Below are positions 1-11,790 of a stretch of DNA of 64,000 bases, piece by piece (the stretch's first letter is position 1; the number at the start of each line of letters is the position of its first letter). The notes below the pieces were generated by a model. The model was not told the origin of the DNA. It saw only the letters and a list, made by a program, of their open reading frames with translations, and made no database searches. This stretch comes from Podarcis vaucheri. Lineage: Eukaryota. The position numbers and the translations under genes are program-made. The DNA is taken from NCBI GenBank assembly GCA_965113315.1, contig OZ220369.1. One strand, 5' to 3'.

Positions 1-448
1 GGCGTGCCTGTGAGCCAACCACAGAGCACGGTACTCTAGGTATGGCTGCCTTACAGCCAGATCTTCTCTTTCGTATCACAGTCGCACAAAGGGGAAGGAG
101 AGCTGCATAGAGGAGACCGAGTAGAGTACCAATGAGGGCAGAATATCAGGCATGGAACAGAGTGAAGAACTGGGAATGGGGGGCTGTCAGCAGATAAAGT
201 GTGTGCCCGCATCTATTTCTCGAGCTCCTAAAACACTTTCACAGGAGCTCAGATCCATAAGGAAGCTGCTGCTTTAGCAGTGAAGGGGCTCAGACTGGGA
301 GGTTATGTAGGAGGCAGGGGCCCCTCTTCTTCCTGATAGTCAGCTAGACTTTGATCCGAGCAGGTGCTGGCAGGTGCTTCCCTCCACCCCTCCTGAAAGG
401 CCATCCCATCCATAAAGGTACCAGCTGACCCAACTTATACAGAGCCTT

Positions 449-632
449 GTAGGAACATAGGAAGCCTCCTCATCCCACAGTGGTCCCCTGGCTCAGTATT
501 GTCTACACAGTGATGGACAGCAGCTCTCCAGGGTTTCAGGCTGAGGACTTTGGCAGCCCTGCCTGGAGATGCCAGGGGGTAAACTCGTGATCTTCTTCAT
601 GCAAATTATGAGCTATACCACCGAGCTACAGC
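449..632 (-). mobile_element. tRNA(Ala-like)-derived squamate SINE (Squam2-like), diverged
   Basis: Reverse complement reads gctgtagctcggtggtatagc...ggcatctccaggcaggg...ccctggagagctgc...gtagacaatactgagc...gcttcctatgttcct; the same family recurs many times in the window. Confidence 0.75.
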
Positions 633-669
633 TCTACCCCCAGCAATTTCTCTTCCCAATGATGTTCAA

Positions 670-1240
670 GTAACAATGGGCAAATACGTCCATTTTGCCT
701 TCTCACAGTTGGGTTCTAATGCTTCCAATCTTAAGTTCCATTTTTTACATTTCCACCTGACTTTGCAATTCTTTGTTGTTGCTGTTTTTCAGTCCTCATG
801 AAAATCCATCAGCTTTTCAGTATGAATTTCTCCTAATATGCATATTTTGATATTCACTTTTGCCTAATATACACATTATTTGCAAAGCAATGTTTCCTAA
901 TACACTGTGATTCTGCATGCTATTTTCATAGACGTTTTAACTCAGCAGTTTGCATTTTTGAACACGTTACTTGGCTGAAGAACTGCATTGCAAAATTCAG
1001 AGAAGTGCAAATTTTGAAGGATGACTGTGTTTCATAGACATAGACAGAATCATAGAGTTGGTAGGGCCAACTCCCTGCAATGCAGGAATATGCAGCTGTC
1101 CCATACAGGGATCGAACCTGCGACCTTGGTGTTGTCAGCACCATGCTCCAACCAACTGAGCTATCACTTTCTGTATTGTTTCGGAAAGTGCAAAATTCTC
1201 CTTTAAATGCAAACTGAATCAGATTTCTCCCCCACCCCTA
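670..1240. mobile_element. Old non-autonomous DNA-transposon-like repeat (putative hAT), interrupted by a SINE
   Basis: Shares motifs such as ttgcaaaattcagagaagtgcaaa and tttgcctaatatacac with copies at 5960, 28793, 33170 and 34625. Confidence 0.55.
1033..1165 (-). mobile_element. tRNA-Ile-headed SINE with CR1-type tail
   Basis: Reverse complement gatagctcagttggttggagcatggtgctgacaacaccaaggtcgcaggttcgatccctgtatgggac followed by cagctgcatattcctgcattgcaggg...ccaactctatgattc. Confidence 0.85.
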
Positions 1241-2116
1241 TGTTCAAGCCTTATCCTGCATTTTAGCAGGATGGTGGTACAGAGACTTTAAACACCACCA
1301 GCAGGCCATGGTTAAAAAAAGCCGGCAATGAAATTTCAGAATGAGAGGTATGCAAAGCCCCAAACGCACGCAAAGCTGGCTAATGATCACCACAGGCTCC
1401 CACTTTGTAATAGCCAGCCATTCAGCAGCAGCACTGGCGTGTCTGTGATTAAAACGGAGCCAGAGTGTAACTCTGACATAACTAGGAAAAGGGGAAAAAG
1501 ATAAAAAAGAGGATTATTCTCTCCCCTAAAGATGAAGCTTCTGCAAGCGATGACCTCTTCTTATTATAGAGGTAACCCCTATCAGGCATCAAAAACAGCC
1601 GCCTGGCTTCCTGCCCCCCTCTTCCCCATTGTGAACCAATTTTTATAGGGGTGGGGCAGCTGCAAATGCATGTGCCAGAGAATTAGGACAGGACTGATTG
1701 CTTTCAGTCTGATTCAGACTGCTCACATTAGGAATGCAAAACGCAGGTTCAAAATTTGCTTGTGTGTGTATTTTTCCAAAAAAAAGATATGCTGGCTTCC
1801 TCTGCACAACGGCAAAGGCATATAAGAATCCCCTTGGCTCCCCTTGTTCTCCAGGGGATTGCAAGCTGCCTCTGTGGGTAACTGCAAAGATACCATACGA
1901 GTGAAAAAAACACAAAGCATAATGTACAGGGGGATAAAAAGCCGTGCCTGGAGTTGTGTGAATGTTTGTGAGTGTGTGTTCAAAAGCGATGGAATCTGCA
2001 GATTATATTTAGCCTCATTGTGCATTATGTAATTTGAGGCAGCGAAGGGGGGGGGAGGTAGCTCCCTCTTGCTTTATTCTAAAATAGAGAAGAAGTGAAA
2101 TTTCCTTGAATCCTGT

Positions 2117-2250
2117 GCTAGGACAGTCAGAAGAGCATGAAACTCTTAATCACAGGGTGGTGGGTTCAAGCCCCATGTCCAGCAAAAGATTCCTGCATTG
2201 CAGGGTTGGACTGGATGACCCTCAGTCCCTTCCTACTCTATAATTTTATG
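2117..2250 (+). mobile_element. tRNA-Lys(CTT)-headed SINE with CR1-type tail
   Basis: agagcatgaaactcttaatcacagggtggtgggttcaagcccca resembles tRNA-Lys(CTT); followed by ttcctgcattgcagggttggactggatgaccctc. Confidence 0.8.
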
Positions 2251-2935
2251 GGGTGTACATTTCCCAGCCAGCCCCATGCACATGGAGGTCCTGCCTGGGA
2301 AGTAGCATAATGAGGGAGAGGCGTTGGGGGCAGCCACCCTAGGACAACCTGGAGAAGGGAACTAAGGGGGGGGCTTATATCAAAAGGTCACACTCTACGG
2401 TTATTAAAATAATGCTCAGTTATGTCATGCTTTCTTTCCAGCACGGAATAAATTGAGCGTGTTTCCCAGAAAGAAAATGAAAAGCCCAAATGATAGCAAC
2501 ACAAAGCCTCTCTCTCCGCCGCAGCTTCTTATTGCCTCTGTGCTTGAAGCCTGTGACAGTAAAGCACAGAATTGAATTGCTGGATGCTGCTGGCGAAGAT
2601 AGAGAATCCCAGAGACATACAACTCAGTCCTCAGATTGCAGGCGCCAAATCGGTGCACATGGAAACAAGTTTGGTTGTTGTTGTTTTTGCTTGAACCAGG
2701 GGTGGGGGGGACCTCTGGGCTCTTGAGGTGCTGCTAGATTCCAACTCACATTAGCCCCAGCCAGAAACAGTCAGGAATGATGGGAGCTGCGAGTCCAGCA
2801 ACATTTCCCCACCCTCCTCCCCCGTGGTTTAGGCAGCATGTGAGAAAGAGCAGCCTATGTACCCTGCAACTGCCCTGTTTTAAATGGGACATCCCAGAAT
2901 CACAGAAGCCAAACCAAGCTTCTGTTTGCAGCCTA

Positions 2936-3182
2936 AAGGTAAAGGTAAAGAGACCCCTGACCATTAGGTCCAGTCATAACCGACTCTGGGGTTGCGGCGC
3001 TCATCTCGCTTTACTGGCCGAGGGAGCCGGCATACAACTTCCGGGTCATGTGGCCAGCACGACTAAGCCGCTTCTAGCGAACCAGAGCAGTGCACGAAAA
3101 CGCTGTTTACCTTCCCGCCGGAGTGGTACCTATTTATCTACTTGCACTTTGACGTGCTTTTGAACTGCTTGGTTGGCAGGAG
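2936..3182 (-). mobile_element. Sauria (Squam1) SINE, 5'-truncated
   Basis: aaaggtaaag...gacccctgaccattaggtccagtc body; TSD ttgcagccta at 2926-2935 and 3183-3192. Confidence 0.92.
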
Positions 3183-4419
3183 TTGCAGCCTAGAATGCCC
3201 CAAATCTTTGGTCCGAAAGGTTATAGCTCAGCGCTCGTCAGGAAGGACATCAGCTGGTGGGCGTGGTTTGGAGAAATTGGGTCTCGTGGGCCATATTGGC
3301 CACACCAACCCCCAGCACTTGGCCAGGAAGTTCCCCACCTCTGCCCTGTACTGGAGTTTGCTCCAATTCTTAACATAAGTGGGACAGTTATTGCTCATTA
3401 TTGTGAAGGAAAGCCTAAAAGAGTGGTGGGGACCTCAGCCTGGTGGTTGAATGCAGCCCTCCAGGCCTCCCTATCTAGTCCTTGCCTAAACTATGCCCCC
3501 CCTCCAGGCCGCACTTCTCACTAGCTCTGTTCTGTGTCCACCTCTAGTGACTCTGCCTTGCTGCAATGTGCCTTTGGACTGTAATAATACCATAACATTG
3601 CCTGGGTGGAGGCTGGAGAGTGGTGTATGTCTGGACACATCCACTCTTGCCAGAGCATACTAGCAGGTCACCCACGAGAGATGATGGCCCTCAGGCTAGA
3701 AGAAAAAGATTCCCTTCCTCTCCCCACCACCCTCTGACCTAAAGCCGCACATACTTCTTCTGAGCAACACTCCGCTAACAGAAGCAGTGGGTTTTTCATT
3801 CAGACCTAGCTCCTAGTGGCTCTAGTCTCTGCATTCGCCTCGCTATACTAATTGCTGGCCATCACAGAAATGTGAACATTTAAGAAGACATGCTGCCTTC
3901 TGAGGATATATCTATATAATAGGAGTGGTTATTAAGAATGTATGAGCAGTCCTACTGGATTTGAGCAAAGTTCTGTCTTCCTGGGGTTGCCAGCTAAGTG
4001 TTTCCAGAAAGGAAAGAGAAAAAGGAAAGACAGCATGAACAGGCCAAGCCCAAGCTTCAGAACCAAGACAGAAAACATCCAGGGAACGGAGCCCAGGGTC
4101 AAATTAAGTTCCCACATATATGGGCTTGCTTTGACACCAGCTCATGGCTTGGGAACTGAATCCTACCAGGATGCCCCTGAAAAACTGGAGGTGTCAATGG
4201 TTATTTTGAATCTTGAAATGTTTGGACTATATGGGGAGGGCAGACAGCCAAGTAGAAATGTCAGAGAACAAAAACAGGAGAGGAAATTGTCGATGTTTGC
4301 CCCATATCCAAAACAGAAATCAATCCAGGGATCGCAATCAATAGTCACTGTTGTTGTTATTGTCAGACTTCAAATGATACATGATCAATCACATTCTCCT
4401 CCCATTTGTATGGTGTCTC

Positions 4420-4740
4420 CTTTTTCAAAAAAAGTATATTTTATTTTAAATATTATTTTTTTTGCTTACATTTTAGATTCATATCAACACAACAAAACAT
4501 TATATTTTGGAGGTTCTCAACCCCTGGACTTCCCCCCACCCTCCTCCCCGGTTTCCCATCATTACCTCTTATCTTTTCTGCGTCTTTATATCTTTATCTA
4601 ATTTATTCATCTCCCTTATTACAAATTCTACCCTAATTATATCACCAGTGCTGTTCTAGGCCTGCTAATGTTTTCAAATGTTTACAACGCTCCTTCGTAT
4701 ATTCTACAAAATTAGTCCATTCTTTTTAAAATCTTTTGAC
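4420..4740 (-). mobile_element. L1-clade LINE 3' fragment
   Basis: T-rich tail on the plus strand, then purine-rich UTR and an ORF2-like end on the minus strand; similar layout to the L1 copies at 23663 and 37183. Confidence 0.55.
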
Positions 4741-5361
4741 TATGCCGAAACGACGAAAATGACTGGGAAGATCAGACACCAATAATGTATGGTATCTCCT
4801 TTCCAGTGAAATGAATGGAACGAAATAAAGTAATTTACGTAATTCACTACACAAGTTACGTCATATCTTCACAGCTGATGGCAAGATGTGTAATGTAGTT
4901 TTTGACAGGTGAACTGCACCGAAACAGAAACAGTGCTGCATGTGAAAAATGCAGGGTGAAAGGGGAAACTGTGCCTTCTCTCATCCTTACTCCCAAGTGC
5001 TACAGGGAGGCAGCAGTGCTGAAGAAACCCCACTGTATCCCCACCTTGCAGGAGGTCCAACCAAAATGCACCATGAAGATGGACAAACCTTCTGCCTCAA
5101 AATGGAGGATAAGCCATATTTTCAAGGGCACCCCCAGCCAAATCCCCACTCCCTCTGAAGCACAGCAAAACTTTCCTTTGACTTCTCCTCATCAATGTTG
5201 TATGCAAGCCATGTATTTTTTTTATTTAAAAAAAGGCACACCGGTATGGCTTATTTTCATCATCACAAAATTACATGCAATCATATTTTCCCATGTGCTC
5301 TTTAGGCTGATTGTGGCATCCGCTTTTTCCAGCACTCCCTTATTATTAGAAAGACATTCTG

Positions 5362-5415
<54 letters not shown>
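5362..5415. repeat. (CA)n(GA)n compound microsatellite
   Basis: Seen directly. Confidence 0.95.
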
Positions 5416-5420
<5 letters not shown>

Positions 5421-5954
5421 CAAAGTTACTGCATTCTAGCATCAACTGCTGAATGCTTTGTATACAACACACCTTTTCACCTTCATTTATTTAAACTGAA
5501 TCAGGAGTGTGTACATTTCTGGCTATCCCAAAATAACTGGCTTGCTATGATGCCCACAACTGCATGCAAGTTTCAAAGCCAGTGGCAGCCAATTGGCAAA
5601 AGGGGGAAACAGGAGGTGAGAGGAAAAGCAGATTTAACAGCAACGTATTTTCTGCTACCCAGCAAAATATTTTATTATTTTTATTTTTTGCTAGTCATGT
5701 TTCTGAAAATCTCTGCATCCAATTTTTTCCCCAGGTCCAGCATCCAGGCTCTGTGTGCTGTTGCTTATGCAGTTTGAAAAAACAGCTCCACAAACAAGAG
5801 GGAGGCATCAGCATACTTGTTTTTCAGGCATGCAAAAAACAAAATAGTTGGGTAAACACTAAAAGGTGGAGGGGGGTACAATCAAAAAGGGTCCAATGAA
5901 GTCACAAAAGAATTGTAGCATTGTTTTCGTTCTCTCTTTCCTTCGGTCCAAGCT

Positions 5955-6400
5955 ACGGATAGAGGGAGAAATTCAATTCAATGCACATTTAAGGGTGAAT
6001 TACCTAATCTGCACCTTCCAGAAAGATTCAATGAACTGAAACCCACAAATCCTTTAAAATCGCAAAGTTCCAAATTTTGCAATCCAGTTTTCTCCAGCCA
6101 AAAATGCACGTCCTGGGGTAAAGTGTGCATAAAAATGTGTCTACAAATAAAAATAGCGTACGAAAATGCATTACGTTAGGGAAAATAGCTTTGTGGAAAT
6201 ATGTAGGTTAGGCAAAATTGCACAGAGATATGTGTATATTGGGAGAAATTTGCACTAAAACGTGAACAGATTTTCTTGAGAACTTTTCTTTTTAGAAAAT
6301 TCACAAACCTGATGTGGAAATCTGGAGAACTTAAGTTTAAGGTTGCAAAAATGAGAAACCAAGATAAACCAAAATTGACATACTTGCACATCTCTAATCC
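5955..6400. mobile_element. Old DNA-transposon-like repeat (same family as 28793-29243, opposite orientation)
   Basis: gagaaattcaattc...caaattttgcaatccagttttctccagcca...aaattgacatacttgcacatctcta. Confidence 0.6.
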
Positions 6401-7805
6401 ATGCACCCACGAACACTGGCGATGTAGTGCTTAAACAGAATATCTAACACTGCTTTCAATCTTCAAAGCACTTGGTGAGCTTTGCCAGTGGCAATCCTTT
6501 AACAACCCCCATATTACAAATGGGTGACCAAGGTCAAGAAAGATTGACTTGACTATCTTGCCTTAGTGCATCTGTGGTGCAAAAGGTAAGATTTAAACCA
6601 GGGCCTTCCTCATTCGTAGCTCAGCCTCTTAGCCACTATGCTACAACAGTTCCCAATACAAAGGAAGGAAGGAAAATACCGATGAAGTGAAAACTGTGGC
6701 ACTCTGTGTCCATATGGCTGATTATTGTGACTCGGTGATACTCAGGCATGCAAGTTTTTTGCACAGTGCCATCCTCATCAATATGCTAACCCATAATTTT
6801 CTCCCTGGTTAATCTGGATTTAATTTCCACATTTTGTTTCTTTACACTTAGTGGATTTTTCCATGTGAGCGGCAAATCTGGATAATATGGCGAGGGAATA
6901 TGGCCCTGCACTCTGGTGGATGTGAGCAGCACCGAGTCTGCAAATACAACTGCGGTGTGGAAGCATCCTCAGTCTGTGCACGCAGGCTTCCATTCTGGAA
7001 TTAATTTCAGAAATTCTCCCACTTCAAGAGTTACTGCCCTCACACAGTGAAGGGCAAGTGGGGACATCCCCTTTGCTCACTCCTGCTCTCCTCCAGGAAC
7101 TGGAGATCAAACGGCAGCAGCAAGGAAGAGGATGCAGAGCGAAGCAAAACCACAGAACCCAAAGAAAGCAGAACGGGGCCCACTCATTCCTAGATCTTGC
7201 ACCTAAATTGACCTACGCTAGAAAACGCTGTATCTGCACCTGGAAGAATTAACACTGGATGTAACGTAGGGTGGAGTTTGGAGGTGATCCTATGAGAGCT
7301 CAAATAAATCCTGATATACCAGCTGAGCCCTTTTCTCTTCTCCAGAATGCCACTCTTTTCTGGATGGGATTCAGTTGCAAGTTTAAGCTGCACGGTTATA
7401 GTTGGTTGAGAGGTTTCATGCAGATATCCTGCTTCCCCAAAAGAACATACTTTTTTGTGCTTAGGAAAGTGACAGGGAAATGCACTGAGAAGTGTGGGGT
7501 AAATCTTGCTTTGGCACAACACTGTCTAACCTCCCTGCAAGCAAATCAGAATGTATGTGTATTAAATAGACAGTGTTCCCTAATCTAGTGCTACTCAAAG
7601 TGGACAAGCCAGGCCACGAGCCATCAGCTGCCGGTTCCCAAAGCCCAGGTTTGGGTGGGATAGTTCAGGGACCAAAAAGGCTACTGGTCCTTGGCACATG
7701 AGGTGGTGGTGGGATTCCCAGTCCACCACATCAGCTTGAGAAGCACTGCTCTAATCTCCATGGAAACAAATCAAGATGAAAGCTCAAAGGACAGGTCATC
7801 TAGAG

Positions 7806-7943
7806 CAGCGGTTCTCAACCTGTGCGTCCCCAGATGTTGTTGGACTACAACTCCCATCATACCTAGCTAGCAAGGCCAGAGCTCAGGGATGATGGGTGTT
7901 GTAGTCCAGCAACATCTGGGGACCCACAGGTTAAGAACTGCTG
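7806..7943. mobile_element. hAT-type MITE, largely palindromic
   Basis: TIRs cagcggttctcaacctg / caggttaagaactgctg; 8-bp TSD atctagag at 7798-7805 and 7944-7951. Confidence 0.9.
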
Positions 7944-8071
7944 ATCTAGAGGAACACCTTGACACCTGCTTTCCTCCATCATTACACTAAACGTAGCCAC
8001 TGCCCTACAGAGCTGGTCAAAAAGCAGCAAGAAGGGACTGGATGAACATTCGACAGATTCGACCAGCAAAC

Positions 8072-8218
8072 NNNNNNNNNNNNNNNNNNNNNNNNNNNNN
8101 NNNNNNNNNNNNNNNNNNNNNNNNNNNNNNNNNNNNNNNNNNNNNNNNNNNNNNNNNNNNNNNNNNNNNNNNNNNNNNNNNNNNNNNNNNNNNNNNNNNN
8201 NNNNNNNNNNNNNNNNNN
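8072..8218. other. Assembly gap (147 N)
   Basis: Run of n. Confidence 1.
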
Positions 8219-8782
8219 TATTGCCTTATGAAGCTCCAAATGCTGCTGTGGGTACCGAGAAAAGGAAACAAAGAAAAGGGCTTAGCATCTCACATCTCCT
8301 ACAGAGATGTCCATGCAGCACTGCTACAGATATTGCAACACAGGGCAGATAAACGCAAGTCAGTCTTTGCTTATCTGGAATGTTTGGCTTGCCCTGTCCG
8401 TGTAGGTTCAAAGAAGTAAACAGCCAAGACTTCAGTTGAACGAGTCTTTGCAGAGTAAAAACCACCACCTGGTCCCAGAGATGTAAAACCAATGGAAGCC
8501 TCCATGGTGCTGGTTGCAGAAGAGCACAGAACAGCGTGACCTGCTCATTTCTAGCATGGCAAGGTGGTTATTACTCCTTCTAATATCAAATCCATATGGC
8601 AAGTGCCCACAGAGTGTTTGGGGACCAGAACATTCACAGGGAAACCAAAATGCTTGTTTGCAAAGCTATTGTACTACCCACCTTACTGTATGCTTGTGAA
8701 ACATGGACCATGTATAAACACCATCTCCAACTCCTTGAAAGATTCCATCAACAGTGTTTCTGAAAAATTCTACATAGCACTC

Positions 8783-9072
8783 TGAAAATGCTCAAACTCA
8801 GGATGAAAGGGAGAAACGTGCTAAGAAGAAGGCACGTTTGGCAAACCCTCGCTGTGATCAGCTCCCACCAGGAAACTTACGTCCCCAATGTGGAAGGACG
8901 TGTGGATCCAGAATTGGCCTCCCCAGTTACTTAAGTACTCACTGTTAAGGCAGTGTTCATGGAAGACAATCTTACTCAGCTACAAGTGATTGCAGAAGAA
9001 GAAGGAGGAGGAGGAGGAGGAGGAGGAGGAGGAGGAGGAGGAGGAGGAGGAGGAGGAGGAGAAGGAGAAGAA
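8783..9072 (+). mobile_element. RTE-clade LINE 3' fragment with tail expanded to (GAA)/(GGA)n
   Basis: Closely matches 60013-60237; degenerate C-terminal Zn-finger region; (GGA)n at about 9004-9060. Confidence 0.85.
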
Positions 9073-9419
9073 TTTGATGTTGGAAGAACATGGCTTCTTT
9101 CTCCCCTCTCCATAACCCAAATTTTTTTCATTCCTGAATATGTCCATTTCTCCTCACCTCTCCAAATATGAAAGAGTATTGCACAAAAGACACTATTTTA
9201 TTATTTAAATTATTGCATCAATCAATCAATCATGTATCTTCCAAAGGTGCTCGAGACATTGGGTGCCCCTTCAGTTTATCACCCCCCTAAAACCTTTAAA
9301 GGTTCATGCTGGCAAAGTGTGTCTGGCCCCAGGTCAGCTGTTCTCTTAAAAATGTTGCCCTTTCTCCCTTGCTGCCCCTTAAGTCTAGAACTGCCCCCAG
9401 AATACCTGCATGACTGAAT

Positions 9420-9685
9420 CCAGTGGAGGCAGCTCTATTTGGGCAAATGCCCCACCAGCCTCAGTTTGCCCTCAGCTAGCTCCCACCTCTTCCACTTCTT
9501 TCAGTCTGGGGGGGGGCTGGCTGTCAGCTTTCTCCTTCTTGATCTCTGTGTTTCCATTATAGAACTCTGCAGGCAGAAGGATGGGGACAAAACCAGAATT
9601 ACCTAATTATTGGCTCTGTTGCCACCAACTGTTGGGCTCCTTGCCTTCTGCCCCACTGCTCTCAGTGGGCATTTGCTACCACTGG
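9420..9685. repeat. Unclassified interspersed repeat with CAGTGG...CCACTG ends (MITE-like)
   Basis: Related copies at about 26486-26718 (inverted) and 60238-60401. Confidence 0.5.
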
Positions 9686-10424
9686 GCTGGGGACTCAGGA
9701 AGAAGGGCTGTGGGTGGCCACTGCTAGGCATCATTTGCCGCCTGTAGCGCCTGACTTACTCCTGTCCAGAGAATTCTGCCAGCCCTGGACATGTCCACAA
9801 AATCATTTAAAGTCGAGTGAAAGCAGCCTGAAATGTCCACAGTAGCATGCAATTTTCAAGTGTTAGTTAAACCTGAGGGCATCCAGGTGGATGGCGCCCT
9901 GCTCTCAACCATCAAGAGATATTTTATTCCTGCTTTATTGTTGGAGAGTCCCACTTGTTTATTTTCCTTTCTTCCGACGCTCTTTTGCCGTTGGCATTTA
10001 CTGCCAGGCGAGGACGGTGCAGATAAAGACATTTGGAGCCATTTCTCTGCCAAGCCGATCTATGAACCTACAAGAAAACTTTGCCTCATTGGAAACTTAA
10101 GCACCAGAAAATAGACTGCATCTCAGCAGGGGAGGGTGCTGGGGAGGAGGAGGAGGCAAGAGGCAAAGTGGCGCTTGCAGGCTTACGCTTGCGGCTCTGT
10201 CTCCTTCCTAATTTTGATGAATCCCCTCGCTAGCCCATTTGTTCTGTCTATGCGGGAATGTCAGGTCCCTTACGGGAGATACAAGGAGAGCCTCTGAACA
10301 CTTAACTAGTGGTGGGGCACTAGTTGTGGTTAACTGTGGCTAACACCAGCCTGGGAACCTGGTTTCAATTTGGAATGGATGTGGGTCCTGAAACCCATTT
10401 CAATGCCAAGACTCAGCTGTGGGA

Positions 10425-10613
10425 AAGGACCATGGCTCAGCAGGAGAGAATCTGTTTTGGATGCAGAAGGTCTCAAGTTCAGTCCCCAGCATCCCCAGGT
10501 AGGGCTGGGAAAGAGTCCCTGTTTGTAACCCTGGAGAGCCACTGTCAGTCACCGTTGGCAATAGATCGGACTATTAGCTTGACTTGGTATAAGGCAGCTC
10601 CCCAAGTTCCTAA
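10425..10613 (+). mobile_element. Squam2-like tRNA-derived SINE
   Basis: catggctcagcaggagagaatctg...gcagaagg...ccctggagagcc...tataaggcagctcc...gttcct. Confidence 0.75.
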
Positions 10614-11539
10614 AATATCTTGAGCTTATTTTTACCCCCAAAACAAGGACACTCTAAGCAGCCTACAACATATATCAAACTGTTGTTAGAATAAAAGGCT
10701 ACGAGTAAAACACACCACTAGATTCCAAAAATGAAGGGAAACTTCTAAAGGTTGGCATCTGTTTACTGAATGTGTTAAAGGAATATGACTGGAAGAGTTT
10801 AGTGTCCCCATGGAGTCCTTTGCAGGGGGGGGGGACATTCCTGGATAAAATGACCATGAAGGGCAATTGTCTGGTATTTGTGTTTTTGGAATACTACTGC
10901 TCCCCCACCTCTTTCCTTTCTTTTCCTTTCTAGCACTGATCTCTTCTATCTCTTCTATATCATGGCTATTATTGCTTTTTGTGCGTCAGAAGATTAAAAT
11001 TAAAACAATTACCAAACAAAAAAACACACCCATACAACTAGATAAAATCACATGGCTTTAAAACAAGAGAAGAGAGGGATCACAGAGTTGTGAGGAACTT
11101 CAAGAGTTATCTCGCCCAATCCCCTGACAATTTGGGAACGTCGTTGCTCCAGCCTTCACTTGAAAACCCATAGCAAGGCAGCCTGTCCCACCTGTAGTGT
11201 CTCAGGGTGAGAAAGACCTGGAAGAACTAAGGGCCATTCAATGTGGACCATACTGAGCTAGATGAACCGGCAGTCTGGTTCAGAATAAAACAGCTTCCTT
11301 CACTCCTCTGTTCTAGAGTGTCCAGGCAGCAGAATTCTAGCTTATCTTTTTCCCCTGACCTGCTGGTGTTTCATGCACATGAAGTTCCATTTTTTTAAAA
11401 AAACAAAACAAAACAATGAAGGATCATTCACTTAACACGAGTCTAAAGCGGTATAGCACAGGGAGAAGTTTACTTGCTTGGTGACAAGTAACTCTGAGAT
11501 AGCTAAAGCAAGAAAGGACTGAAGCAGGGGTGTGAAACA

Positions 11540-11790
11540 AGACAGGTTGTGCATCCACAGCAGTGACCAGAGGGAGGAATGATGGCTGGGGAGAGTGCAG
11601 AAAGAACAAACACAAATGGTGCACCTGCAGCAGCACGGCGCCTTCAACTGCCCCAGCTGCAGCAAAACATGTCTCTCCCGTATCGGTCTCTAAAGGCTCT
11701 GCAGGTGCTGTAACTCTCCAGTGGTTTGACTTCACCCACAAAGACTTCACCAATTGTCTCCCGAGAAAGACGGCTGCCAACAAGTACAAA
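11540..11790 (+). mobile_element. RTE-clade LINE 3' fragment
   Basis: Encodes AFNCPSCSKTCLSRIGL (C-terminal Zn-finger typical of RTE ORFs); inverted relative at 25743-25880. Confidence 0.7.

Noticed and set aside
3942-4601. 219-aa ORF
   Set aside because: No recognisable homology; its end is antisense to an L1 tail.
4902-5777. 291-aa ORF
   Set aside because: Runs through a (CA)/(GA) microsatellite, has no recognisable domain and an atypical composition; chance open frame.
8953-9171. Poly-glycine protein ORF
   Set aside because: Translation of a (GGA)n expansion in an RTE tail.
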